In this document: positions 27,082 to 36,493 of the stretch, in pieces
Layout: every line of letters begins with the position of its first letter
Numbering within the stretch: position 1 is the stretch's first letter
Program-made: the position numbers and the translations under genes
Notes under the pieces: generated by a model
The model's input: the letters and a program-made list of their open reading frames with translations, nothing else
Database searches by the model: none
What the model was told of the DNA's origin: nothing
NCBI GenBank assembly: GCA_003450735.1
Contig: DMEZ01000037.1
Location: forward strand, 2,263 to 66,262
Reading direction: 5' to 3'
From: Elusimicrobiota bacterium
GTDB lineage: Bacteria > Elusimicrobiota > Elusimicrobia > UBA1565
Length of the DNA: 64,000 nucleotides

Positions 27082-28288
27082 GCGCGGGGAAGCGGAGCTC
27101 GAAGGTGGTGCCCCGGCCGGGCCGGCTCTCGACAGCGACCTCGCCGCCGGACTTCTTCAGGAAGCCGTAGAGCCCCGCCAGCCCCAGCCCCGTCCCCATC
27201 CCGTCCGCCTTGGTCGAGAAGAACGGCTCGAAGAGGTGCTCCATCGCCTCCGCCGGGATGCCGCGGCCGGTGTCCTCGACCTCGAGGACCGTCCCCCCCT
27301 CCCGCCGGCAAGTCCTCAAAGTCAGGGCGCCGCCCTCGCGCATCGCGTCGCGGGCGTTGGCGATGAGGCAGAGCAGGGCCTGCTGGAGCAGCTTCGGGTC
27401 GGCGCTCACCGGCTCCGCTTTGCCCAGGAGCAGGGTGAGGCGCACCCCCTCTCCGGCCTCCTGGCGCAGCAGGCTCAAGCGCTCCGTGAGGAAGCAGTCG
27501 AGGTCGACGAGTTCGGGCACCGCGATGTGCCGCTGGCTGTACTGCAGGAGCTGGAAGATGCGCTGGGCGATGAGCTCCGCGTTCCTCGCCATCGACTCGA
27601 GGGCCTCCCGGTCGGGGTCGCTCTTCGGCTTGTCCTCGAGCAGGAGGCGGCAGTGGCCGAGGATGACCGTCAGGAGGTTGTTGACCTCCTGGGCCATCCC
27701 CCCGGCCAGCCGCCCGACGAGGGCGAGCTTCTCGGAGTCGGCCAGCTTCTCCTCCGTCCAGCGCAGCTTCGCTTCCCGGTCCCGGACCTGCTGGGCGAAG
27801 AAGGCGCTGAAGAAGGCCATGATGAAGAAGAACGGGAAGCGCAAAGCCAGCTGGACGCTGAGGAGGGACTCCTCGGGGTGGGCGCGGCTCCAGAAGAAGC
27901 CGTAGAGCGCGGCGGCCGCCGCTCCGGTCAGGAAGGCGTGCGCCGGCCGGCTCTGCATGCCCGACATCAGGATGACGAGGAAATAGACCAGGTAGAGGTC
28001 GGTGCCCGAGGCCCCGCTCGCGTGGATCGACCAGGTGACGAGGCCCACGTCGGCCAGGAAGAGCCCCGCCTGCAGGCGCGCGTCGCGAAAGCGCTCCGCG
28101 GGCAGGCGGATCAGGGCGAGGATGCTGGCCAGCAGGAGCGCCGGGGGGAGGAAGGGGGCGAACGAGGCCCGGTCCTCGGCCTCCGGGCCGTACATCGCGT
28201 AGAAGGCGAGGAACAGGAATACGACGAAGCGCAACGATAGAAGGGCCCGCTTCTCGTCCAGACGGAGTCCCTTCAGGAAAGCGGGCAT
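27062..28288 (-). CDS. Membrane sensor histidine kinase
   Basis: N-terminal transmembrane helices, then EKLALVGRLAGGMAQEVNNLL (DHp region, no canonical H-box His), then EVEDTGRGIPAE...GTGLGLAGLYGFL (HATPase_c). Confidence 0.8.
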   Translation of the reverse strand: MPAFLKGLRLDEKRALLSLRFVVFLFLAFYAMYGPEAEDRASFAPFLPPALLLASILALIRLPAERFRDARLQAGLFLADVGLVTWSIHASGASGTDLYLVYFLVILMSGMQSRPAHAFLTGAAAAALYGFFWSRAHPEESLLSVQLALRFPFFFIMAFFSAFFAQQVRDREAKLRWTEEKLADSEKLALVGRLAGGMAQEVNNLLTVILGHCRLLLEDKPKSDPDREALESMARNAELIAQRIFQLLQYSQRHIAVPELVDLDCFLTERLSLLRQEAGEGVRLTLLLGKAEPVSADPKLLQQALLCLIANARDAMREGGALTLRTCRREGGTVLEVEDTGRGIPAEAMEHLFEPFFSTKADGMGTGLGLAGLYGFLKKSGGEVAVESRPGRGTTFELRFPALKRQAG

Positions 28289-28348
28289 AAGGCAGGGCAG
28301 GCGCCATAGTATGGACCCAGGGAGCGCGTCAGCGCAAGGGGACGGACG

Positions 28349-29089
28349 TCACAGCCCCGGTCCGGCGGCCGCCGGGGCGAGGCTGCGCTGGGCCTCCAGG
28401 AACGCGGGCATCGCTTCCTGAAGGGCCCCGGGGGACTGGGAGCGCAAGGACAGCCGGATGCAGGTGCCGCTGTTCACGAAAAGGACGAAGCCCTCTTCGC
28501 CGTCCTTCCCGCGGTAGCGCAGCGTCCGGAGGCCGTCCTGCGCGCCCTCCCTCGGTGGCTCGACCGGCTGATGGGGCCGGCAGAGGAACTCGGTGAAATA
28601 GGCGTGCAGGCGCAGGCGGACCTCGCCCTTGGGGTACGAGCGCACCCAGCCGTCATCCTTGCTCCAGCCCCTCTTGGGGGCGTCGGCGCCCCAGTCGGGC
28701 GCCGCGGGCTGGAAGCCCTCCGGGACGACGAGTTCCCATTCGACCCGGCCGAGGGAGAAGCGGTGCCGGGAGCCCTCCGCGGGAGGTTCCCGGTGAGCGT
28801 CCTCCTCCGCGGAGGGCGGCTCGGGAAGCCCGATGTCGAGCTTCTGGTCGGGCGAGGCCTTGGCGAGGATGCGGTCGGAGACCGGCTCCGGGGCGGGCGC
28901 CTCGACCGGGAGGGGGAGCCCGACCGGCGCGGAGATGGGCCGGGCGGCGGCGGTCTTCCGGGTGAGGAGGCTGCGCTCGAGCCCGGCGCCGGCGGCGACG
29001 GCCAAAACGCCCGCCGCCGCGAGCAGGAGGGGGGAGCGGCCCTTCGCGGGCTTGGGGCGCGGTTCGTCGTCGGAGGCCGGGTCGTACAT
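28349..29089 (-). CDS. Hypothetical membrane-anchored protein
   Basis: 246-aa ORF in the minus-strand operon between the GGDEF gene and the kinase gene. Confidence 0.45.
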   Translation of the reverse strand: MYDPASDDEPRPKPAKGRSPLLLAAAGVLAVAAGAGLERSLLTRKTAAARPISAPVGLPLPVEAPAPEPVSDRILAKASPDQKLDIGLPEPPSAEEDAHREPPAEGSRHRFSLGRVEWELVVPEGFQPAAPDWGADAPKRGWSKDDGWVRSYPKGEVRLRLHAYFTEFLCRPHQPVEPPREGAQDGLRTLRYRGKDGEEGFVLFVNSGTCIRLSLRSQSPGALQEAMPAFLEAQRSLAPAAAGPGL

Positions 29090-29090
29090 C

Positions 29091-30011
29091 TCAGGAGGGC
29101 GGGATGGAGGAGTCCGGCGCGTCGTCGTCAGCGGCGCCCGCGCCGCTGACGACGTGGGGGGCGGTGAGGGCCACTCGGTTCTTGCCCTCGCGCTTGGCCC
29201 GATAGAGGTTCTCGTCGGCGTTCCGGATGAGGGTGCGCGCGTCGTCGCCGTAGCCCGCGGTCGAGACCCCGATGCTCACCGTGAACTTGAGCGGCTTGGC
29301 CGAAGGGTTGAGCGAAAGCTCCTTCTCGTCGACGATCTGGCGGCGGGCCACCGCGCGGCGCACCCGCTCGGCCACCCGGGCCGCCGTCTGCTGGTCGGCG
29401 CCCGGCATGAGGACCAGGAACTCCTCGCCCCCGTAGCGGCCGACGATGTCGTGCTGGCGCACGCTGAGGCTCAGGGTCTCGACGAGCTCGACGAGGGCGC
29501 GGTCTCCGAAGAGGTGGCCGTGCGTGTCGTTGATGGGCTTGAAGTCGTCGATGTCGATGAGCAGAGTCGAGAGCGGCAGGCCCTGCAGGCGGCAGCGCTC
29601 GAGCTCGACCTGGAGCGTCTCGCGCAGATAGGCGTGGGAGTAGGCCCCGGTCAGCCCGTCCGTGATGGAGCGCAGGTGGAAGAGGTCCACCCTCTTCTTG
29701 AGCTCCCGGGTATGGGTGCGCAGGTTCTCGCTGCGCACCCCCAAGACGTAGCCGAAGCCCGCGAAGGCGGCGATGGTCGAGACCTCCATGTAGAGGTAGA
29801 ACACCGCGTTGTAGCTGAGCTCGCTCTGGACCCAGACCAGCTTGAAGACCGGGTCCGCCATCCAGTAGCGGATGAGGAAGGCGCCCAAGGGGCAGAGGGC
29901 GCCCAGGACGACGCCGATGAGCGGGAAAAGGAACTGGTGCGGGACGGTCTCCCAGAGACCCTCCGCCGCTTCCGCGCTTGGAAGACGCCGCTCCTTCGGA
30001 TGCGCCGGCAA
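29091..30011 (-). CDS. Diguanylate cyclase (GGDEF domain) with N-terminal transmembrane segments
   Basis: RYGGEEF motif and the surrounding GGDEF-domain consensus. Confidence 0.85.
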   Translation of the reverse strand: MPAHPKERRLPSAEAAEGLWETVPHQFLFPLIGVVLGALCPLGAFLIRYWMADPVFKLVWVQSELSYNAVFYLYMEVSTIAAFAGFGYVLGVRSENLRTHTRELKKRVDLFHLRSITDGLTGAYSHAYLRETLQVELERCRLQGLPLSTLLIDIDDFKPINDTHGHLFGDRALVELVETLSLSVRQHDIVGRYGGEEFLVLMPGADQQTAARVAERVRRAVARRQIVDEKELSLNPSAKPLKFTVSIGVSTAGYGDDARTLIRNADENLYRAKREGKNRVALTAPHVVSGAGAADDDAPDSSIPPS

Positions 30012-30012
30012 T

Positions 30013-31260
30013 CTATCTCGTCAGGGCCGCGGCCTTCGGCTTCTCGCCCTTCTTGACCAGGTTCGCCTTGATGACCTTGGCCAGCCTCTGGATGCCCTCG
30101 TCGATCTGCTCCGGGCTCGGATAGGAGAAGTTGAGGCGCATGGTGTTGTGCCCGCCGCCGTCGCAGTGGAAGGCCGAGCCGATCACGTAGGCCACGTTCT
30201 CCTTGACGGCTTCGTAGAAGAGCTCGTCGGCGTTCATCCCCTCCGGCAGGCGCACCCACAGGAAGAGCCCGCCTTCGGGCTTCGTCCAGGTGACGCCCTC
30301 GGGCATGTAGCGCCCCAGGGCCTCGAGCATCGCGTCCTTCTTGACCTTGTAGGTCTTGCAGAGGCTCGCGACGTGGCCCTTGTAGTGCCCGCGCGAGAGG
30401 AACTCGGCGGCGATCATCTGGTTCAGCGAGGAGGTGCAGAGGTCCATGGACTGCTTGAGGATGGACATGCGCCGGATGATGGCCTCGTGGGCCACGACGA
30501 ACCCCAGGCGCAGGCCGGGCGCGAGGGTCTTCGAGAAGGTGAACAGCGAGATGATGTTGCCGCTGCGCCCGAGCTTGTACATGATGTGCGGGGCCTTCCC
30601 CTCGAAGCGCACCGCCCGGTAGGGGGAGTCCTCGATGACGAGCACGTTGTACATCTCGGCGAGCTTCACGACCTTCCGGCGCCGCTCCTCGGAAAGGGTG
30701 ACGCCGCTCGGGTTCTGGAAGTCCGGCACGATGTAGACGAACTTGTAGTGCTCCTCCTCGTCGCGCAGGCGGGCGAGTTTCTGCTCCAGGTCGTCGACGA
30801 GGATGCCGTGGTCGTCGTCCTTGACGCCGATCATCTTGGCGCCGTAGGCATTGAACGCCTGCAGGCCGCCGATGTAGCTGGGGAGTTCCACGAGGATAGG
30901 GTCCATCGCGTCGATGAAGGTCTTGCCCACGAGATCGAGGGCCTGCTGGGAGGCGGTCGTGATGAGGATGTTCTCGGGCTTGATGATGAGGCCCTCGTCC
31001 TCCCGCAGCAGCCGGATGATCTGGTCCTTGAGCTCCGGCAGGCCGTCGGTCGGGCCGTACTGCAGGACGGTCATGCTGTTCTTCTTCAGGATGTCCGAGG
31101 CGATGTCCGCGAAGAGCTCCGCGGGGAAGCTCTCCGGCGCGGGCAGGCCGCCCGCGAAGGAGATGATCTCCGGCTTGTTCGTGAGCTTGAGCAGCTCGCG
31201 GATGACGGACGTCTTGGTGCGCCGGTTGACGGCGGCGAGGTTCTTGACCAGGTCGATCAT
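30013..31260 (-). CDS. PLP-dependent aminotransferase (class I/II, 2-aminoadipate/LysN-like)
   Basis: SVIRELLKL...PEIISFAGGLP N-terminal signature. FTFSKTLAPGLRLGF contains the PLP-binding Lys region. Confidence 0.85.
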   Translation of the reverse strand: MIDLVKNLAAVNRRTKTSVIRELLKLTNKPEIISFAGGLPAPESFPAELFADIASDILKKNSMTVLQYGPTDGLPELKDQIIRLLREDEGLIIKPENILITTASQQALDLVGKTFIDAMDPILVELPSYIGGLQAFNAYGAKMIGVKDDDHGILVDDLEQKLARLRDEEEHYKFVYIVPDFQNPSGVTLSEERRRKVVKLAEMYNVLVIEDSPYRAVRFEGKAPHIMYKLGRSGNIISLFTFSKTLAPGLRLGFVVAHEAIIRRMSILKQSMDLCTSSLNQMIAAEFLSRGHYKGHVASLCKTYKVKKDAMLEALGRYMPEGVTWTKPEGGLFLWVRLPEGMNADELFYEAVKENVAYVIGSAFHCDGGGHNTMRLNFSYPSPEQIDEGIQRLAKVIKANLVKKGEKPKAAALTR

Positions 31261-31445
31261 GAAGCCCTCCTCAGGCGGCGACTTTCTTGGACCCCTTGGA
31301 GGAGGCCTTCTCGATCCTCTCCAGGGCGGTGCGGATGTTCTCGACCGAGTCCGCTCTGCGCTTCGAGCTTGCGGGCCTTCGCCAGCACCTCGAACGCGGT
31401 CTCCGTCCCCAGCCTCTTCATCCGTCCGGCGGTTCTCATGGCCAT
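31257..31445 (-). pseudogene. Relic N-terminal fragment of a class-I aminotransferase gene
   Basis: The first about 30 residues (RMKRLGTETAFEVLAKARKLEAQ) match the conserved N-terminus of Asp/Ala aminotransferases. The rest is non-protein-like, and the -1 frame gives ADSVENIRTALERIEKASSKGSKKVAA before a stop. Confidence 0.3.
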
Positions 31446-31481
31446 TATCCCCTTAAACGGTATGTCCGTATTCTAACATAA

Positions 31482-31547
31482 GGTGCCTGTCATTACACCT
31501 CGCACACCCTACACTCCGCGACCGGCCAAAGTGTAATGACAGGCACC
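31482..31547. repeat. 17-bp perfect inverted repeat (ggtgcctgtcattacac / gtgtaatgacaggcacc) with a 32-nt loop
   Basis: Read from the sequence. Sits in a relatively AT-rich intergenic region downstream of the outer-membrane-protein gene. Followed on the minus strand by UUAUGUU, so it may act as a terminator. Confidence 0.6.
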
Positions 31548-31603
31548 CTTATGCGGATCAAGCATCCGAACCCAGGTGAAAGGTGAAATAGCAGGAAGGA
31601 AAC

Positions 31604-32827
31604 TCAGAAGAGGAACATGGCGCGGATGTTGCCGCCGTCCCAGAGGTGGCGGTCGGCGTCCCGGAGGTCGAGGTTGGCGTAGAGCCCGATGCGGCCGGCC
31701 CGGCCGAAAACGAAGTCGATCCCCGTCCCCAGCTTCGCACGGACGATCGTGTCATAGGTCGAAGCCCCGGGGGCGTAGGGATGGTCCCATCGGAGCTCCC
31801 CTGAGCTCAGGAAGGCGGCGAGCTCCGAGACCGCCCAGGGGGCGAGCGTCCGACGCCAGCGGGCGTAGGGCTGGGCCTCCCAGCGGAGGCCGCGGCGGGT
31901 CGAGCCGGGCGCGTCCCGGTAGGAATCCTCGACGGAGCGGCGCAGGAAGCGGCCGCCCGCCTCGATGCGGTCCTTCGGGCCCGCCAACAGCTGGCCCGCG
32001 AGGGTCGCCTGGTGGACGCGCCGCACGAAGCTCTCGTCCTTGTTCGCCGGATCCGGGGTGTAGGAGTCGGCCTTGCGCTTGAACTCGTAGGAGTACTCCG
32101 CCGCGAGGCCCAGGACGCCCTGCGCGGCGGGCCGGTCGAAGCGCAGGAGGGCCCGGGTGCGCCGGTAGCCGAAGACGCGGTCGTCATCGGGGATCGCGCG
32201 GGTGAGCGGCAGGTCGACCTCCACGGCGCCCTTGAGCAGGCCGCCGGCGGCGGGAAGGGTGAAGCCCTGCTCGGTGGTATAGGGCCTGCGGTCGTAGGTC
32301 TGGGTCGTCCGGTTGCGCTGGTTGAAGCTGAAGTCCACCGCGTTGATGGACGAATAGAGGGAGCCGCCCTTCCAGGGGCTCCAGCGCACGAGCGCGCCGA
32401 TGTCCGCGTCCTCCTTCTCGAACTGCGGCTCCCCGAACAGGCCGAAGGAGAAGCCGGCCCAGGGGCCGGCCTCGAAGCAGAGCCACTGGTGCAGGGAGAC
32501 CAGGTCCTTGTCGCCGTGGTGCTCGAGGTCGTATCGGAAGGAGAGCTTGTCGAGGAGGCGCTTCGAGAAGACGGCCTGCTGGTCGAGCAGCAGGTCGCTC
32601 TTGTCCAGGCTGGCCCCGTTGATGCGGTAGCCGGTCGAGGAGGCCTGCCAGTCCCACTCCCAGTCGAGCGGGTAGGAGAAGCCGAGCAGGTCGAGGAAGT
32701 ACTCCGCGTCGAAGAGCGGCTCGGGGTCGATCGTGTCCATCTCCCGGGCCGTGAACACCGCCAGGGCCGGAGGGGGGAGGAGGAACAGCGCGGCCAGGAG
32801 GAGCGGCGCGGCCCGGCGGAGCGTCAA
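31604..32827 (-). CDS. Outer-membrane beta-barrel protein (hypothetical), TTG start
   Basis: The 466-aa ORF has a junk N-terminus. TTG 32827 overlaps the sixA stop (TTGA). Signal peptide LTLRRAAPLLLAALFLLPPPALA. C-terminal ...IRAMFLF with a terminal Phe, typical of beta-barrel outer-membrane proteins. Confidence 0.65.
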   Translation of the reverse strand: MTLRRAAPLLLAALFLLPPPALAVFTAREMDTIDPEPLFDAEYFLDLLGFSYPLDWEWDWQASSTGYRINGASLDKSDLLLDQQAVFSKRLLDKLSFRYDLEHHGDKDLVSLHQWLCFEAGPWAGFSFGLFGEPQFEKEDADIGALVRWSPWKGGSLYSSINAVDFSFNQRNRTTQTYDRRPYTTEQGFTLPAAGGLLKGAVEVDLPLTRAIPDDDRVFGYRRTRALLRFDRPAAQGVLGLAAEYSYEFKRKADSYTPDPANKDESFVRRVHQATLAGQLLAGPKDRIEAGGRFLRRSVEDSYRDAPGSTRRGLRWEAQPYARWRRTLAPWAVSELAAFLSSGELRWDHPYAPGASTYDTIVRAKLGTGIDFVFGRAGRIGLYANLDLRDADRHLWDGGNIRAMFLF

Positions 32828-33300
32828 TCGACGACCTCGTCCGGGGCCGTCTTCCAGAGGAGGCGGCCCGACCCGTCCTTCGAGACCTCGAAGGACGCGA
32901 CTTCGGCCGTCGAGAAGCTGAAGGCCCGGTCCTCCGACAGGTGGGACGCCGCCTCGGCCACCTGCGGCATGTGGCCCACGAGGAGGACCTCGTCGCAGCC
33001 CCAATCGAACGCCGCCACCTCGCGCACGAGCGCCGAGCCCGGCAGGACGTTCGCGAGAGGATCGTAGGGCCTCACCGGGGGCCCGCCAAGCTGGGCAGCC
33101 GCTTCCTCGGCGGTCTGCTTCGCGCGCAGGAGGGGGCTGCAGAGGATGATCCCCGGCTTCGCGCCGGCCTTCGCGAGGTGCGCGGCGGAGCGCCGGACTT
33201 CCGCGCGCCCGCGCTCGGAGAGCGGCCGCTCGCGGTCCGAACCTACGCCGGCCTCCAGGACGGAGGGGGAGTGTCCGTGGCGCATCAGGTAGAGCTTCAC
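32824..33300 (-). CDS. sixA: Phosphohistidine phosphatase SixA
   Basis: MKLYLMRHGHS...RPLSERG...HMPQ histidine-phosphatase motifs. 158 aa. Confidence 0.8.
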   Translation of the reverse strand: MKLYLMRHGHSPSVLEAGVGSDRERPLSERGRAEVRRSAAHLAKAGAKPGIILCSPLLRAKQTAEEAAAQLGGPPVRPYDPLANVLPGSALVREVAAFDWGCDEVLLVGHMPQVAEAASHLSEDRAFSFSTAEVASFEVSKDGSGRLLWKTAPDEVVD

Positions 33301-33313
33301 GCTGGGGATTCTA

Positions 33314-34513
33314 TCAAAGCCAATAGCGAAGAAGGTAGAAGAGCCGCTCCAGGAACCGCTCCGAGTAGGGCCGCATCCTCCAGCGGGGCGGCACGATCTC
33401 CTGGGAGCGGTCCATGTCGCCGACGACGGAGAGTTCCAGACGGCTGCAGAACTCCTTGTCCACGACGTGGATGTTCGCCTCGAGGTTGTGGATCATGGAG
33501 CGCGAGTCGCCGTTGTAGGAGCCCACCACGCCCCAGGTGCCGTCCACGACCGCGATCTTGGCGTGCAGCATCGGCCCGGGCCAGGCGAAGAGCCGCACGC
33601 CCGCGTCGAGATGGAGCTCGAAGAGGCGGCGGCTCGCGTACGCGGCGGCGGGGACGTCCGAGATGGAGGGGACGAGCACCCGCACGTCCACGCCCCGGCG
33701 GACGGCGCGGTAGAGGGCCCGGCGGATGCCGCGGTCGGGGACGAAGTAGGCGTTGGCCAGGTAGATGCAGCGCTCGGCCTTGTTGAGGGCGTGCAGGTAG
33801 GCGCTCCGGATGCGGTGGCGGTGCAGGAACTCCTCGTTGGCGACCACCCGGACCAGGCTGTTCCCGGGGGAGGAGGGCGCCTCCGCCTCGAACGGATAGG
33901 CGCGTCCGGTCTCCCTCTGCCAGGTCGAGCGGAACAGGCGCTCGAGCTCCCGGGCGGCGGGCCCCTCGATGCGGACGTGCGTGTCCCGCCAGCCGCCGCC
34001 GCCCTCGGACAGGGGCGCGTTCTCATCGGAGATGTTGATGCCGCCGGTAAATCCGACGCGTCCATCCACGACCAGGATCTTCCGGTGGTCTCGGCGCACC
34101 CAGCCCCAGCGCCTCTGCCACGGCGCGACCGGGTGGTACTCCAGGGTCTGGATCCCGGCGTTGCGGAGGAACTGAAGGTAGGAGGAGGTCAGCTCGTGGG
34201 AGCCGACCGAGTCGTAGATCACGCGCACCGAGACGCCCGCGCGCGCCCTCTCGGCGAGGGCTTCGGCGAAGCGCCAGCCGGTGCGGTCGCTGTTGAGGAT
34301 GTAGCTCTCGAGATCCACGCGGGTCTTCGCCCCCGCGATGGTCTCGAGCATCGCGGGGTAGGCCTGCGCGCCGTCGATGAGCAGGTCGAGCCGGTTGCCG
34401 GCCGTGAACTCGGAGGGGGCCTCGCAGTAGCCCCGCCCCGTTTCGCCGATGAAGAATTCGCGCAGGCGGCGGGGGACGACCTCCTTGAGCTTCTTCGGCC
34501 AGCGCCGGGGCAT
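33314..34513 (-). CDS. cls: Cardiolipin synthase / phospholipase D-family protein
   Basis: Two HKD motifs, HRKILVVDG and HAKIAVVDG. ATG 34513 (MPRRWPKKL) chosen because the N-terminal 287 aa of the 686-aa ORF is low-complexity junk. Confidence 0.85.
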   Translation of the reverse strand: MPRRWPKKLKEVVPRRLREFFIGETGRGYCEAPSEFTAGNRLDLLIDGAQAYPAMLETIAGAKTRVDLESYILNSDRTGWRFAEALAERARAGVSVRVIYDSVGSHELTSSYLQFLRNAGIQTLEYHPVAPWQRRWGWVRRDHRKILVVDGRVGFTGGINISDENAPLSEGGGGWRDTHVRIEGPAARELERLFRSTWQRETGRAYPFEAEAPSSPGNSLVRVVANEEFLHRHRIRSAYLHALNKAERCIYLANAYFVPDRGIRRALYRAVRRGVDVRVLVPSISDVPAAAYASRRLFELHLDAGVRLFAWPGPMLHAKIAVVDGTWGVVGSYNGDSRSMIHNLEANIHVVDKEFCSRLELSVVGDMDRSQEIVPPRWRMRPYSERFLERLFYLLRYWL

Positions 34514-34558
34514 GATCGAGCAGTCTAACAAACGGGTCCAAACTGATACAATGGCGCC

Positions 34559-36493
34559 ATGCCGACGACGCCGCAGGCGAAGGAGCATTTCGAGCGCCTG
34601 CTCGAGCTGCTGGAAGTCGAGCGCGCGGCCGAGCGGGAGGAGGCGCGCCTGCAGGCCGAACGGGTCCCCGCCGCCGAGCGCGAGGCCCTGGGCAAGACCA
34701 TCACGCGCCTCGCCCTCGTCGCCGTCGAGACCGCCGAGGGGGGGTACCCCGTCCTGACCTTGACCCGGGCCGCGTCCAAGGGGCAGGAGCTCTCCCCGTT
34801 CCACTCGCTCGACCAGGGCGACAGCGTGCGCCTCACCTTCCCGCCCTTCCCGGGCGGAGGCTCCCAGGCCGCGGCCTTCGTCCACGGGACCGTCGAGCGC
34901 GTGGAGGAGGGCCGCTGCGAGGTCGCGGTGGACGGCGCGATGCCGCCCAAGATGCCTCCCGGCAAGCTGACCCTCGACATCCTCGGCTCGGACGCCACCC
35001 ACCGCCGGATGTGCCGCGCCCTCTCCGAGGTCTCGGGAGCCCAGGGCACGGGGGCCGCCCGCCTGCGCGACATCCTGCTGGGAGCGCTCCGGCCCGAAGC
35101 CGGCAAGCGGCACCCCGTCGAGCTCTTCGACGGCTCCCTCAACGAATGGCAGCGCCGGGCCGTCGAGAGCGCGCTCGCGGCCCAGGACCTCGCCCTCATC
35201 CACGGCCCGCCGGGCACCGGCAAGACGACGGCCCTGGTCGAGGTGATCCGCCAGGCCGTACGGCGCGGCCAGCGCGTGCTCGCCACGGCGCCCTCGAACG
35301 TCGCGGTGGACAACCTGCTCGAGCGTCTCCTCCCGCAGATGGACCGCGGCCTGCGCGTCGTGCGCCTGGGCCACCCCGCCCGCACCCTCGAGTCCTTGCG
35401 CCGGGGCAACCTGCGCATCCAGCTCGTCAACGACCCGCAGTACCGTCAGGTCGAAGAGCTCGACGCCGAGCGCGACCGCCTGCTGAGGACGCTCGGCCGG
35501 CGCGGGGCGAGCACCCCTTTGGAGCGCCGCCGCGTCGAGATCGAGGCCCGGCGGCTCTGGAAGGAGGCCCGCCTACTGGAACAGGCCCTCACGCGGCACC
35601 TCATCGCCTCCGCCCAGGTCGTCTTGAGCACCCACGGCGGCCTCTCGCGCCGCCAACTCCGGGGAGGATTCGACCTGGTCGCGCTCGACGAGGCGTCGCA
35701 GGCCACCGAGCCCCTCTCCTGGATCGCGCTCCTGCTGGGGAAGAAGGCCGTCTTCGCCGGGGACCCGATGCAGCTGCCGCCCACCCTGCATTCGCGGACC
35801 GCGGCCAAGGAGCTGGGCGTCACGCTCTTCGAGCGGTTCCAGGCGCTCCTGCCGGACTCCATGCAGACCCTCCTGCGGACCCAGTACCGCATGCACGAGA
35901 CCCTGATGGCGTTCTCGTCCGCCCAGTTCTACGAGGGGAAGCTCGAGGCCGACGCTTCGGTGAGAGCGCACCTCGCCTGCCAGCTGGAGGGGGTCCGGGA
36001 GACCCCGCTCACCTCCGTCCCGCTCGTCTTCGTGGACACCGCGGGCACCGGCTTCGAGGAGTGCGTGAACCTGCTGCTCCAGAGCCGGGAGAACGAGGGG
36101 GAGGCGCGGCTCGCGGCGAAGCTGCTCCAGGAGCTGCTCGACGCCGGCCTGCGCCCCAAGGACATCGCGGTGCTCTCGCCCTACGCGGCCCAGGTGCGCC
36201 TGCTCAAGACGCTCATCCGCTCGAGCGGGACGGAGGTCGGCACCGTGGACGGCTTCCAGGGCCGCGAGAAGGAGGCGGTCCTCGTCTCCCTGACCCGCTC
36301 CAACGACGCCAAACAGGTGGGCTTCCTGGCCGAGACGCGGCGCATGAACGTGACGCTCACCCGCGCGCGCCGTCTGCTCATCGTCATCGGCGACAGCGTG
36401 ACGATCTCGAACCATCCGTTCTACCGTCAGTTCCTGGACTTCATCGAGAAGCGGGGCCAGCACCGCAGCGCCTGGGAGTGGACGGACGCATGA
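34559..36493 (+). CDS. Superfamily-1 DNA/RNA helicase (Upf1/IGHMBP2-like AAA domain)
   Basis: GPPGTGKT Walker A. VALDEASQ. VGTVDGFQGREKEAV...NVTLTRAR SF1 motifs V-VI. Confidence 0.85.
   Translation: MPTTPQAKEHFERLLELLEVERAAEREEARLQAERVPAAEREALGKTITRLALVAVETAEGGYPVLTLTRAASKGQELSPFHSLDQGDSVRLTFPPFPGGGSQAAAFVHGTVERVEEGRCEVAVDGAMPPKMPPGKLTLDILGSDATHRRMCRALSEVSGAQGTGAARLRDILLGALRPEAGKRHPVELFDGSLNEWQRRAVESALAAQDLALIHGPPGTGKTTALVEVIRQAVRRGQRVLATAPSNVAVDNLLERLLPQMDRGLRVVRLGHPARTLESLRRGNLRIQLVNDPQYRQVEELDAERDRLLRTLGRRGASTPLERRRVEIEARRLWKEARLLEQALTRHLIASAQVVLSTHGGLSRRQLRGGFDLVALDEASQATEPLSWIALLLGKKAVFAGDPMQLPPTLHSRTAAKELGVTLFERFQALLPDSMQTLLRTQYRMHETLMAFSSAQFYEGKLEADASVRAHLACQLEGVRETPLTSVPLVFVDTAGTGFEECVNLLLQSRENEGEARLAAKLLQELLDAGLRPKDIAVLSPYAAQVRLLKTLIRSSGTEVGTVDGFQGREKEAVLVSLTRSNDAKQVGFLAETRRMNVTLTRARRLLIVIGDSVTISNHPFYRQFLDFIEKRGQHRSAWEWTDA

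Noticed and set aside
27036-28307. 423-aa minus ORF and 334-aa plus ORF overlapping the sensor kinase
   Set aside because: Pro/Arg/Gly-rich junk. The histidine kinase frame (27062-28288) has canonical HATPase motifs.
34514-36490. N-terminal 287 aa of the 686-aa ORF 33314-35374, and ORFs 34525-35430 -, 35011-36489 +, 35573-36463 -
   Set aside because: They overlap the SF1 helicase gene in other frames or strands with low-complexity sequence. The cls gene is trimmed to ATG 34513 where PLD-family homology begins.
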